Assembly: GCF_001949145.1 (NCBI RefSeq)
Contig: NW_019091357.1
Location: forward strand, 1,915,704 to 1,979,703
Source: Acanthaster planci
Taxonomy: Eukaryota
Length of the DNA: 64,000 bases
Reading direction: 5' to 3'
A program made the translations under genes and the position numbers. Every line of letters begins with the position of its first letter. The first letter of the stretch is position 1. A model generated the notes under the pieces. That model saw only the letters and a list, made by a program, of their open reading frames with translations. It was not told where the DNA came from and made no database searches. This document shows, in pieces, positions 37,652-50,895 of this stretch.

Positions 37652-38552
37652 GGACTAGGTCAATGAGTTCAGACGTCTTGGTGCCCCCCCACCCCACCAC
37701 CACCACCACGCCAGCAAACACGGTGCATCTAGGTCTTCAATACAGCCAACGGATAATTTTTGCGGGTGATCATCCCGCGGCAAAGTTGAGCAAGGGGTTC
37801 TGGGCTAGCGGCCAATAGAGGTAGATCAAGTATTTCGACGTCGACAGCTGATTTCATTCCTCAGACTCCAACTCGTCGGTTTGTTGTGCACTGTGGGGTT
37901 GGAATGGGGCCACATCTATAGACCCGGCCAGGCCCCGAGATTGGCAACCCTTCGCATTATAAGGAGATGGTTTTATGGGCAGGAGAAAATGTCAAAAAAT
38001 ATGCGGCTGTTTCTCCGAGAGACGCTGACTTTAAACACGCGCCCACCCAACACAGCCCTGAGCAACACCAGAGGCTGCTCTTCATAGCCCCCCTAGCCGA
38101 TGGTGTAACTTACGTTTAGGGAAGTTGTCATGGGCCGTGTACAAAGTACATAGTTCTATCACTAATGTAAACATGTGTATCGATGTACACATTTCTCTCA
38201 CATTTCAATTAGTGCTGCTAATGCATGCCAAGTGATAATTTCTCCCCTCACATTTTAACCCGGGCCATGGGCAATTTCGACGTTTTTTCAGGAATAACCC
38301 CACCCTCCCCACACCAAAAGTTTCACTGCATGCGCTTACACTGCCCTTTCCCTTTTGGCGTTTCACTGTTTAAATTATAAGGGCAAAGCCAAGCCCCGGA
38401 AAACTAGTTCCACACGCCGGCTGCACTGTACCTTCATTTGGTCTCAGTCAAGGCTTAGCCGTCCATACTACATGCACCTGGCTCACTGAGTTCGCGCTAT
38501 AAAATGTCACAAATATAAAGTAGATTTATACTCGGAAAAGAAGATGCAAATC

Positions 38553-38727
38553 AATACGGGTATTTCACAATAGTGCGCCTCCAAGAGTTTGCAACACGTT
38601 GGCCAATCACAATGTGTGAAATCTGTCGACCCAATGCGCGTTTGGAAAGGGTTGACATACAGACGTGCTGTGATTGGTCAATGCATTGCAAACTCTTGAA
38701 GGCGCACTATTGTGAATCCCCAGTATT
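38553..38727. mobile_element. Palindromic MITE with ~55-bp imperfect arms
   Basis: TTCACAATAGTGCGCCTCCAAGAGTTTGCAA...TTGGCCAATCACA pairs with TGTGATTGGTCAA...TTGCAAACTCTTGAAGGCGCACTATTGTGAA. Confidence 0.75.
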
Positions 38728-39779
38728 ACAGGAAAGAGCATACTGTCACACAAAAGTTCCAATTTTCCCCATTTATTTCACATAGGCCTACCATCTAAAC
38801 ATGGTGTGCACTGGAATTTTTAGGTTTTTGAGCATCTGAAAAACCATAATTTTCCGAGCATGCGGATCAAAATAAAACCCAATTCTTTACTTGTGGGTAT
38901 CGAAAAAAATCAGCTGTGACAATTTGCACAATAAAATCGCTGTTTACACTAAGTCGGAAATTAGATATAAATACTGTACACCTGTATATCTTCACCAAAG
39001 CATTATATTTCTTCCGTAATGTTAAATATCAAAAATTTAATGTTGAAAACAAAATAACTAAATAGCAGTTTAACTGAGCTGCATGCAATAATTTTAATTT
39101 TAGAGTGAACAAGTTTCCATATATATAGTAAGAAAATTTTCGACATCTTGGGGTAATTAAAGCCAGCACATGAAAAAACAATCTTCAGGAAATTGAAGAT
39201 ATTGGTGTTTAAATTTAATCATAAACCGACAATTATTCACACTTCTCGTTTTATACCTCTTTGATGTATTAGTTATAGCTTTAACCTATCACATTCTAGC
39301 CCCGTCTGCCTCTGTAATTTTCACAAACATGCAACAAAGTACCCTGTTAAACAATGCAGCGTTTACTGAATCTAGCTCTGTAAGGTGTTGAACTGACTTT
39401 AAATAAACTGCAACAAAATACCTTCTTTTGCGCTTTCAAACACAATGGCAAGAGGAAACATCGTCTTAAATCGGACGTCCCGTAAAACGGTCATCGATAA
39501 CAAAGACATTTTGGTCTTGGACCCAAAAAAATCCAAAAATCCCCCAAAAGGTGATATTTTATGTTGTTTGCTGGAGGAAACAACTGCGATAGGCCATTCA
39601 AAATTTCAACATTTCAGTCCTTCCGTCAGCATACCAATTTATTATGCAGGCCACGGTAAACGAAACGAATACTTTATATATAAACCTCACGATAACATAC
39701 GTCCCATTAAAGTTCCGCATAGGCCCCTAATCTAATTGAAAGCTTAGTAATTTGAATTGGTCTAAATATCAGGTGCTTT

Positions 39780-40817
39780 TCAAATGTTGTTGTTGTCCAT
39801 GATACGGACTTTGAACGGGCCGACATTCCGAGCTCGATCCAATTCTTCATCGGACATGAAGGGGACTGTCTTGAGGAGTTCAAGGACACCCTCTCGGACA
39901 GTGATCGTCGGTCGGAATCCGAACTCTCGCAGTCTCGAGTACGACACCTCGTAGTTGCGTTTATCCAGATCCTCTCCATCCTCCGACTGGGTTATTTTGC
40001 AGCCGGGAACCAGGGACTGTATCAGTGAGGCCAGCTCTGATTTGGTCATATTCATGGATTCGTGCCCCACGTTGTACGCCCTGCCCCGCATTTTATCGTA
40101 GTTACGTAGCGCCAACACGAACGCGGAAGCTGCATCTCGGACGTGAATGAACGTACGTCTAAAATTGCCCTGGTAGAGACTGAAATGTTTCTGGCTGACA
40201 GCGCGGTGCGTCAGATCGTTGACCAAGAGATCCATCCGCATGCGTGGAGCCGTACCGAAGACCGTGGCCAGGCGGAGAGCTACTCCACCCACACTCAGTA
40301 CCGATTTCTCCCCGTTTGCCTTTGAGCTTCCATACAGCGTCAGCGGGCTTATGGGGGTCTCTTCTGTACAGACGCCGTCCACAGCTCCGTAGCATGACCC
40401 AGTTGACGCGTAGACAAGCTTCTGGTTGCGCCGTAGGAGCCTCGCCACGTGCGCCGTGCCGTCTTCGTTGACTTGGCGGGCAAGTTTCGGTTCCTTCTCG
40501 CAGGCTGGGTACCCAACGATGGCCGCCAAGTGAATCACGGCGTCGCAATCGGCCATCGCCTCCGAGAGGTCCTCCACATTATGCACATCACCTCGGACAA
40601 CTTTCAGGTTTGGGTTGGCAGCGACCGGTCCGAAGAGTGACTGACTTCCCCAACGGAAGGTATCGAAGACGGTGACGATGTACCCCTCTTCCAGCAGAAG
40701 GGGTACCAGAATAGACCCGATGTAGCCTGCCCCTCCTGTCACCAAGACATGGTTCACAGTGCAGCAGCAATCCGCACTGTTGGTAACGCCGTTCTGTACT
40801 CCGTTGAGGGACGACAT
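39780..40817 (-). CDS. Extended SDR / NAD-dependent nucleotide-sugar epimerase-dehydrogenase, Cj1427 (GDP-manno-heptose dehydrogenase)-like, single coding exon, 345 aa
   Basis: Uninterrupted ORF with Rossmann motif VLVTGGAGYIGS, HLAAIVG, YASTGSCYG, catalytic YGSSK, RLATVFGTAPRMRMDLLVND and FIHVRD; Kozak-like ACCATG. Confidence 0.92.
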   Translation of the reverse strand: MSSLNGVQNGVTNSADCCCTVNHVLVTGGAGYIGSILVPLLLEEGYIVTVFDTFRWGSQSLFGPVAANPNLKVVRGDVHNVEDLSEAMADCDAVIHLAAIVGYPACEKEPKLARQVNEDGTAHVARLLRRNQKLVYASTGSCYGAVDGVCTEETPISPLTLYGSSKANGEKSVLSVGGVALRLATVFGTAPRMRMDLLVNDLTHRAVSQKHFSLYQGNFRRTFIHVRDAASAFVLALRNYDKMRGRAYNVGHESMNMTKSELASLIQSLVPGCKITQSEDGEDLDKRNYEVSYSRLREFGFRPTITVREGVLELLKTVPFMSDEELDRARNVGPFKVRIMDNNNI

Positions 40818-41828
40818 GGTACCCCTAAAAATATTTCAGCTGAAATGAGGAATGTATAAAATGTAGTGGAATTAAATAACCGAACTCATAGCATTATTCA
40901 ACTCATATTAAATGGCATCACTCATGCGTGGTGTTATCCGACATACATGCATTTACAAGGTCACGCCACGGGTACTGCTTTTGTAATAGGAAGTAGAGTT
41001 GTCACTAGTCCTACCGTACTATGATAGGCCCAATCAAACAAGTGCAACGGGTCTGATGCTTTATATCATTTTTATTTGAAAATGAATGTATGCCTTTTGT
41101 ATTATGATATTACCCATATCCTAAGAATGTGCTGTAAAAATTAAATAAGCGATAAATTACCCCTCCCGAAAAATTTCCTGCATTTTTCCCCATAAACATC
41201 CACAGGTTTATTCTTGCGGGATATCGATGTACGACCGCAGATCTTTATTTAGAAGTGGCAATCTCCCGTCATTCAAACGCTGAGGTCTAGTCTATTACGA
41301 TGAAACGACCAACCTTAAGAGTTCAATCCTAAAGTATAAGCTATTAGCCTCACGTTTCGATTTGCCCTTACACAAGCTAGAAATTGTCGATTCTCATCAG
41401 GCCCTCGATGAGGAAAAAGAAATCTTCAATAAATCAGATTTAAAAGAAAAAGAAAAATAAAAAAAACAGCAACCAAATGCTGAATAAAAACTCCACCAGC
41501 TGCAACAGAAACAAATTTGTTGATATTGGAGTGCCTTTGCAAGTTTCTCTGACAAAATGTGGTGGGTTTTTTGTTATAATAATCGCCTGGGAGATCGAGT
41601 CACAAGCCCGCGGCCAGGCCCTTTGTGTATTCAACTTACAAAATTATGCATGTATATGGTGTATACATGTAAAGCAATGTTTTGAATTTATGCTGGCACT
41701 CGGCCGGCAGACATCTTGCGTAAGGTCTCTGGAAACGTGACTGTGCTTAATCATAGAGCTAGGAATACAATTATGGTTAAAAGTTTGACAGAGGATTGAA
41801 TATCCAGCCGTCCATTTCATCTTTCGTA

Positions 41829-42050
41829 CACTCTTAAAACAACCTAGCCAAAATGCTGACTGATTTTCCTAGTTGTTCAAAATTGACTACGGATTCAGTC
41901 AAACTCAAATCATGCTTTCTGACAAGATTCCTGAACTGACTGAAAAAATCTACTCAGATTGACTAATTTCCAGTTGCACCCAGCTGACCCTGAGGAGCCA
42001 GTCAAATTTTACTGAATTCTAGTCAGATTTGATTGATCCTTTTTAGAGTG
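41829..42050. mobile_element. Non-autonomous CMC/EnSpm-like MITE
   Basis: TIR CACTCTTAAAA ... TTTTTAGAGTG flanked by TA on both sides; internal TGAC/GTCA sub-repeats. Confidence 0.7.
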
Positions 42051-42949
42051 TACGTACGCATGAAAGTATTATTAGCGGTACATGGGGAATACACGAGCTG
42101 CATGTATGAGCCTCACGGATCCATCCGGGCCAGAACAGACACTGGAAACTCAACTTGTGGCAGTTAAAACACACAGCAGGTTTTAAAAATATAAATCTGT
42201 GCACAGAGCATTACTGCAGCAAAAAGTAAGAGGCCCAGCATGATATGAGGCTTCGACGTTTGCCCGTTTAATGAAGCGAAAAAATTTTAAGTCGGTCTAC
42301 AAATTTTGTCCCTACGTTTCAGTGGAACCCATTTGGGGCATTTTATCAACGTGATCTTAAACGATGTCTACCAAGTGTAATTCGATTCGAATTTCGGAGC
42401 ATCAGGCGTATTTTAATGTTCCACAGCAATTAAATGGCCAACAATCTTCCATATAGTGTTTTATACATTGTAAACCTGAAGGTTCTTTAATGTCACTGCG
42501 GTTTGGTTTTATATTTTCGATAATTTACACGGTGTTTTTCAAAGACCGTTCTACACCAATTGACACTGCCATAATGCCGAAATCTTCATTGGGTGAGAGC
42601 AGGAACAGTAAGGGAGGAGAATTTCAGCGGCGTCGGTTGGTGTCGGGGGGGGGGTTCAAAAGCGAATGCAGCTTTGGGCTCACTTCAACGTGATGTTCAA
42701 GGAGAAAACAAATAAAAAGCCTCACGGTCCCGACATCCTTGCTTTTATTTCCTGTATTGTTTTCTTCGGGTACGTTAATTGCTCATTATGAGATGAATAA
42801 ATTAATATACCGATTACTTTCTTTCCTACTCACGAAACATTTTTCGGAAAAAAAACCTTCAGCGGGGGTGGCAGGTTTTGCAAGTTTTGCAAGGCCTGGG
42901 TGATTCCGTTGTTCCAGAGTTCGTGTTGAGCTGTGAAATCTAACCTATT

Positions 42950-43142
42950 TGTAAGTCTGACGTCACTTCAGTTTAAACCACGCCCACTGCAAATGCACTG
43001 CACATAGAGTTACATGCGTTGATCGCCGCGCCGTTTAGATGGAACCATAGAACTGGAAGTTAACGCGCAACTACAGCGATCGTCCAATGAGAGCCTGCAA
43101 TTCCCGGCGCGTCCATGTGTGTGACGCAGTCACGAACCGGAT
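42950..43142. mobile_element. MITE, copy 2 (related to 34579-34782)
   Basis: Shares TGTAAGT.TGAC.TCACTTCAG, CACATAGAGTTAC, GGAACCAT, ATCGTCCAA and terminal GTCACGAACCGGA with copy 1; left TIR not recognisable. Confidence 0.7.
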
Positions 43143-46100
43143 AAACACAGCGGGAAGTGTGCCAAACAATGGGGTTCTCCACTCTCCAGCTTTGCAACGC
43201 ACAGTAGAATCATTTAATAAAATATCGGAGATCCTGCGTGATAGCGTGTTCTGTGTACCTTTTTTAAAGTCACGACGTTTATGAAAAAAATTAACTATTG
43301 TTAAAAATTCATAGCTGGGATTTTAAGAACCTGTTTTAATTTTTTGAAATTCCTTTTAAAGTTTTACCAACAATTCCTCTAAGACTTTTGTTGCAATCAC
43401 TCAACACCTGTTTTTGATGTTCTCGTGCATATCTAAATTTACTCAAATGGCCCCATGTCCAACTTTGAGAAGTGTATCAAATTCATTTGGATGGAGTATA
43501 CGTAAGAGGCAAGAGAGAGTGGATAATCTACTTAGCCTATGCTGAGTGACAAAACAGTGCGAAGGGTCAACAGTAAGACCCAGAAAAGCCAGCTTTGCAC
43601 AGCTGGACTGCCGATCGAATTCATCTCATAGCGCAAAGCATTAATAGGCATACAAATCGACACTTTCTGTTCCCTTTGGAGGGACATGGTTTAAGTCAGA
43701 GAACAGACTTGGATCTGAAGATTTTCTCTGACATATCAGCCTAACCTTACAGCCGACATATACCAGGCCAACCACTCTGAACCGCCACTTGTCGCCGTTG
43801 ATGACTTGACAGGCACTGAGCCAAATGTCCCGCTGTATGGACAATAATTATGCTGGCTGCCCCCCCTTCCATATATGTACGTGTATGCCTCTGGTCGCAA
43901 AATGTCAAACTTCGGAAGAGGACAGAAATGCCGTCTGTGAAAACTCCAGCTTTACACCGAGACACGATTTTAAAAAAGTCAACCCAGATAGCCCTATTAG
44001 CTTCCGTGCATTTACACTTAGGCAAATTGAGCACTGAAAATGCAATTAAGTCCATCATGCTGACGATTCGTGCATCCATGCACGATAATAATGGAAAACT
44101 CGTGGTATACCAGTAGAAGTCAGATGTGCGGAATAGAGGCAGCTTTTAAATTAAAGAGGCAATGTTAGAGTAGGTCTGTGCATACTTGACAAAGCCAAAT
44201 ATACCTGCAATCTTTCCAACAACACCTCGATGTCAATGAACTTAAGCCTACTGATGTAACTGCGTACCCGAATATTGTTACGAAACTTTTTTTCAACTCC
44301 GTTACGAAATGAGAAAAAAAAATAATTCCGCTTATGTGGATTCTGCTCTGAAGATACATAATTCGCAGGGAAATGCATGAATATCCTATCATACCGTAAG
44401 TCCCATAGGAAATGAAGCAATACGTCCTGTAAAAAATGTATATTTACCAGTAGATTGAAGTGGGTATTTAGTGAACATTTAAGTAGTATAGCGTGAACAT
44501 TTCCTAGCGTGTACTGTTCAGTAAAATATTTTCCAAGTTCAAGAATTATAGCTGTTATCCACGAGCCTCAAATCGATTCATAACCTCATCAAATTCGGTA
44601 CCTGTACTTCATGGGGTCTATCCTTTCTCTGGGCCCTTCAGATACGATCCCAATCAGTTCCACACAATCCTTAATAAATGCATAAATTTTTTATTGTGAC
44701 AATTACATTTTCTCTATGGTCCTCTGCAGCCGGGTGGTTGTCATTCTTTTGGTTAATTTCAACTGCACAACGAAATCACAAAAGTTGCCATCTTTACCAT
44801 CAGATTCTCTTTTTACCTTCCTCTAATTCAGGATAAACCACAAAGACTTGGCATCCACGCTAGGTTAACAAGACATATTTTGCAGCTGCAGAACAAATCT
44901 CCTTTCACGCAGTTTTAAATCGGGTATAATGGAGCCCGATCAAGCTTGTTTGTGAGTGAAACGAATAACAAAATGTACAAAGTCTGTTTGTGAATGAAAT
45001 AGCCTAACCATGACGACTGAAATCTGGATGGTGATTTAAGTTCAGTCACATGCTAGCGATGCTACAGGGGTTTACAACCAGAGTGGCGCCATAATCACAA
45101 TTACTTGAATCAGTGGTTCTTCTTCAGTTCGGTACGTAGCAACAGATTCGCTGAACCTAATGTATAGCCACGGGAGAAGCACAAAGTTAATTTAAGTCCT
45201 AATCGCTGGATCCAATAAACTCAGGAACCTGATCCCTAAAAGAGGTGACTGAATTGTTGAGACAATTGTATCGGGAAGCCTATTCCAATCTCTACATGTT
45301 CTGGGTACAAAGGAGTTTGTGTGCGCTTCAGTTTTGCTCTGTGGCAAATCAAGGAATTGAAAGCCCTTTCCAGTAGCTGGTCTATGTGATCTTGTAGGAG
45401 CACGGTTCAGTGATTGCTTTCACATTTTACAACCTGCGAAGTCTCTTACATCGTTTGATATGCACAGTTAAGGTTTGCCCGTGCATGCCATCATATCAGC
45501 AAAGAAACAGTGTGTTTGGACACCACAAATCATTTTAACATGTGGGTGTTTTAAATGGCATGGCAGGGTTCCAATTCGACTGATTTATTTTTCTTTAAAA
45601 TGGACGCGACAAAATGATGGTGAATCGGTCTTTCCGATACAAAAATTACTCCCTGGCTCGCTTTATTACACAAACTAGCTGCACAAACACCACTCACACG
45701 CTGCTAACTACATTACGGGCGGTCGTCGCCCTGGCTTTGCAGCTAGTACGTTACACCACTCATTTTTCAGCATGAACACTGCACATTCTTTGTGCATGTG
45801 CAAGGCCAAAGGATCATAGTGTAAGATCAGCACAGGCCATCTAATAAACTATGTGGTCCACGTGCTCTCGATTCGGTGTTATTTTGGACAGTAGACAGGC
45901 TCTACCCACCTTGCCTTGTCGGGAACACAGTCAGTCTATCTCCTCCTTGGCGGGAACAAGGAAAGACGTTTTTGTGAGTGGTAATACAAGCGTGGGGGAG
46001 AAACATCAGCGGGGAGCGAGGCCGGCACAGGGTCAAGACAGAGATTCCGGCATGGACCTCATTATGCACTATGTACATGTACATACATACATAGTGTACA

Positions 46101-49100
46101 CATGTACATGTACTTCGCGTCATACGGGTACACGTCATGGACACGTGTGACGTGTGTCTTCGCAGCGTTTGGGCCAAATTGTGCACAATAGTACTTGAAG
46201 ATCGTGACTGTGCATAAATGGAAGTTATTGTCATGATAATTTTTCCCCTTCCTGCTTAGTTTATGAAGATAATTTGTTTAGTAATTTTTAATGAATAGAA
46301 TACGATATGGCCCCATCCATGTTGATGAGGATCACAAATCGTCAAAACGGGGCGTCTTCTCTCGGCTCAGCAGTGCTCTGCTCATCGCAGGACCGTCATT
46401 GCAGGGGCCGGTAATGTGATAAAGGGAGCATATTTTGGTAAGTGGGAGGTACTAGAGATAAATCGAAATGGGGGACCTTTTCACTAGTAAATTCATAATT
46501 ATGCAAGCATGCGCCAAATGGCCTTGGCGGCAAGAAGTGTGAGCGGGCCATTGAAAATATACAGAGGTGCGACTTAGAGAATTATTTAATTTCTCTCAGG
46601 TTTTCTGGCTTTGTACGGTTTTTTTCTCCAGAAAATCCCATTAAATCATTTCCGCCATTAGTTTCTAATGTAAGCCGGATTTTAGTACTCTGTAAAAAGA
46701 CTTTATAATCGTGATTTTTCCTGCGAGCGAGACCGCCGTTTCTTAGTATGGCCCCTTCCGTCGTAAATAGTATAAATTACATCATCAGTGTTCTTGGAGC
46801 CAACCTGTGCCTTTGTAAACTCGGAGCGTACTGATGCTCAATGTAGCATACATGTACTGTACGTACAGGGTACGGTACATGTACTCACATAGCTTACCAT
46901 TGGCATTGAACCTGGTCATAGCCGAAACCGAGAGAAATGGTATTCAGTTGTTGTGTTTGGGGTTGAACAAGGCAAAGTGCAGATTTCAAAGAGAAATTTG
47001 AGATCTGGCGGATTGTGAATTTAGGGACCCCAAGTTTGAGTCATTTTAATCTGTGCAAAGCTGGTTATTGCCCCCCCCCAAAAAAAAGTTAATGCTGTCT
47101 GAACTGCGCTGACCATGTTTTTGGAAATTGCACATTGGAAATTGTGAGAAAATGAACAATTTATGGTGCCTTTGTTCGGTAGCGAAGGAGAAAAAGTAAG
47201 ATATGCTATCAGCACTCCCATTCGACGTGTGGAAATGAACGACTTTGACCGTTCGCGGCGGTTACTTGACCAGACCCTGGTGAATCATACGGAATTGTCC
47301 TCAGCTGAGCAACTTGAACTTGTCAGTCCTTCTCGTTCTTCCTTCCTTACTCAGAAAACAAACTCCATAAGCCGGACGGTTGCAGGTGTGTCGTGATAAG
47401 TGGATGAAACTAATAATAGGCCCCCTCTGTTGAGCCTTCTCATTTTGAAGACTTTGTTTGCACAAAATTAACAAACCATCACTGATTGAAATTCTTTGTA
47501 TGTGCTCTAGAACCAAATAAAACACCACAGACTCGTGAAAAGAATGATGCTATATAAAAACATGAAATTTGAGTGGCCTCAAGGTGGTTGCTGAGATGAT
47601 AAAATATTGCCAATCGATCTCTTGGTCTTTTGCCACTATATTTCTCATTTTAGAGGTTTTCCCAGAACAATGAGACACTGACGACTAGCCAGAATCTCAA
47701 CTACACAATACAATAAGTTTTATCCAGCTGGATTTTTGTGTTTGACTTTTACAAATTATATTTTAGATTCATCTGAGCAGCATGTTTTACATACACAAAA
47801 TTAACCGATCCAGCACTATCCCCAAGAAGCGCAGCCTACACGCGGACCGTACCGTACATGTAACGGTACATTTAATGCGTCAGAGCCCCTGTACAAAAAT
47901 GTTTATCATGTGGTTCATGCACGTATAGTACATTGTAAAACTGGGGAAATATACCGCGAAGTTCAACATTTCCTAGCAATGTTATAATCACAGATAGACC
48001 TCGGTTTCAATAATAAACTTCATGTTAACTTACTGTATTTTTGTGTTAGTCTTTCGTTCCTGAGTCACTGAATTCTTGCGCTTGCAAGGCCGTAAAATCA
48101 CGGATAAACGGAATCGGTGATATGCTAACGTGTCTGATCGGGAAGAGCAAAAAATCTAGCGGAAAACCGTCAGCAAAGCTAAAACCTTCACACCTTTCTC
48201 CGCCACAGCCCACTTTTGAAAACTTCAGGAAAACTTCGAATTCTTTGTTTCGAGCCTTCGAAAGTCGCATCAAAACGTAAACAAACTACCGGTTACCAAA
48301 AGAGCTTTTCACAAAAATCACTAGTTTTAACCACTCAGGTACTATTTCTCAGATTTAATTTTTACAAAACATGTTAGGATAAAGGTTTATCTTACCATAG
48401 AAAAAATACAAAAAATAGGGCAGAACCAAGTGAGGAAATCGAAACCTTTTCTTAGAAAACATTTAGATTTTTCAAACCAGCCACAGTGTGTCAAGTGACA
48501 TTCGTGTATGGAACTCACTCCAGGAAAACCTTAAGGAAAGCAGTATCTTTAAGAAATAATGAAAATGAAAAAAAGGAGAAGAAAACTGAAATTTTACATA
48601 GGTACGAGTTTAAACTATAAGATAATTTCATACAAATTAAGATTGATTAATTAAGTGTTGATTAATCCAAGTACGACATGTGGAATAATGTTCTTCCTTA
48701 AAACCTTTTTTGATCGGGCCACGGTCCACAAAACAAAAACGAATGTCACAGGAGGGCGCCCGCTCAGGACGCACAGTGATGAAGCGATTCGTTTTATTGT
48801 ACAAGTGTAGCGCACATGCAGTACATGTATTTACGAACTGGCTGATTCTCGTGGTCAGCATTACGTATGCAAATAGCCCTAAAATAGGACATGCGCAGTT
48901 AATAAGTTCCCTCTGTAAACATACGTGCCGGTCCCTACGGCCTGGGTGCACTGTCCACTATCGAAGCACCACTGAAAACAGTGTAACATCGGCATTGTTC
49001 CGGGCCCAATAACTTGCGTACCAACACCCCTGAGGTTTCTGAAACACGTTAAATTAATATAAGGTCCATAATCTTTCAATTTCCTTTCTCTATTTTCTGT

Positions 49101-50294
49101 GGGTTATCAGATTACATTTGTAATTATTCCCATAAATCAAATTACCGCCCTAAAAGTGATTTTCCCCCGAAGTCTGCTTGCTGCCGTTTTTCAAGTGCCA
49201 ATTAACCCTCAACCTTCGGGGCACTTAGGATCATTTTTCAACCATATTTTTAGTCGTTCGGCTGTCAGATGAAAGCCAAAAGACCCAGGGAGTTGACCCT
49301 GGCAAAGATTTACACAGTCTCACCATTTTGGGGGCCATAAAATCTCTTTTTTCAAAAGATACTGCGGGGGCACTTTTAATGCTAATGACTGCTGGCCAGA
49401 AAATCTCACTCGAATTAGTAGGCTACACCCCCACGTTCGGAGGACGTCTGTAAGAGGTCTGGAGACTACGCCGTATGGGACGGGAACCACTATTTTTTGG
49501 AGGGCGGGTATCTTTGAAAAAAGGCGAATAAAAATTGTTTTCGTGGCTAACCCCAATAAAATTGAAACGAAAAGAGATCTTCTGGTCATAATCTTGAATT
49601 TCCATTGAAAAAAACGGAGGCCAACCTCTTCCCGAAAGTCAACAGGCGGCGCTATTTCGGTCTGATTTTGCAATGTTTTCATGGGCGCGTAGTTAATGGT
49701 GCCGCGCAACCATTGATCTCCGTGAACGGGTTTCAGAGCTACGGCTAGGTCTATTGTCTACCCATATTTCCAATGGAGGGAAGACCTAGACCTAGCTCTA
49801 GACGACAGATTCGGATGCAGTGCAACCCACAGCTCAGATGAAGCTAGCTAGCTATACACGTACACACCTCCAGCCAGCTAGCTTTTCGTCTTGTGAGCGC
49901 CCTCTCGCGTACGTATCAACAACACAAAAACGTCATGACCGGTCTTCAGTTTCACCTTATCATGATCATGTCATGCTCCCATCAAATTAATTGCAAACAT
50001 TCATGTGATAAAATCTATGTTAAATTTGTTTACGCAGGGTCTTACTTAGGCTGTTTGTAATAGAGCGATAAGACTAGAGTTCGTTTATCAGAACATCAAA
50101 CAGGGAAGAAGAATTACTCTTTTGCTGCATTTCACTTGAAAACTTCCTCGCACTTAGCGCAGAGGTGTTGTAATTGTAAAGTGTGGCCCGTCTGTCTGCC
50201 TCTGTGCCCCGTGGATAACGGTCGGTGGTGTGCGGTGTTTCTGATGTCGAAGGTAGGCTTGTTTCGTTTTGTCCTGTGTTTTCGTAAGGCTAAG

Positions 50295-50895
50295 CCAAGT
50301 CACAAGTCATTTCCAGTCCTAATTCAATTCAGTTGATCACACGTCAAGTCACAAGCAAGTCAATTTGGTCCCAACACAAAAAAACAGTGTGGCGAACATC
50401 AGATCAAGTGCGCGAATTTAAGCGAGCCGCGCGCGCGTGTATTTTGCCCCGTGAACAAGATGGCGCATATTCAAGCCAAGTGATTCAGATGTGGTCTTTG
50501 ACAGACAAGACTGAAGTAGAAGTCGCGAAACAAATGAAGTCTGCACTGATTATTTTAAGAATACAAGGCATAAAGTTGATCCTTTTCTAACTTGCATTGG
50601 TCATAAATTACATGCCAGTTCAAGTCAACTCACAAGTCATTCTTTGTGAGTCCAAGCACTGGCAACAGAAGTGGGGGGGGGAGCTAGGGGAGAATTTTGA
50701 TGGGGGCATAACCCCCACTTTTTGCAGGGCTTAATGGATCGGCCTATTAATGGCTGATATCTGGTGGTCTCACAACTCCCCCCCCCCACTTTGAAAATTG
50801 TTAAGCCGCCACTGAGTCCAAGTCAAGTCACAAGTCCAAAACTGATAGTTACAAGTCGAGTCATGAGTCACAAAAGTAGCTGCTCAAGTAGGACT
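50295..50895. repeat. CAAGTC-rich DNA-transposon-like relic
   Basis: Many CAAGTCACAAGTC / CAAGTC sub-repeats; interrupted by the element at 50657-50814. Confidence 0.5.
50657..50814. mobile_element. hAT-type MITE with 8-bp target-site duplication
   Basis: Ends CACTGGC ... GCCACTG (degenerate TIR), flanked by AGTCCAAG at 50649-50656 and 50815-50822. Confidence 0.7.
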
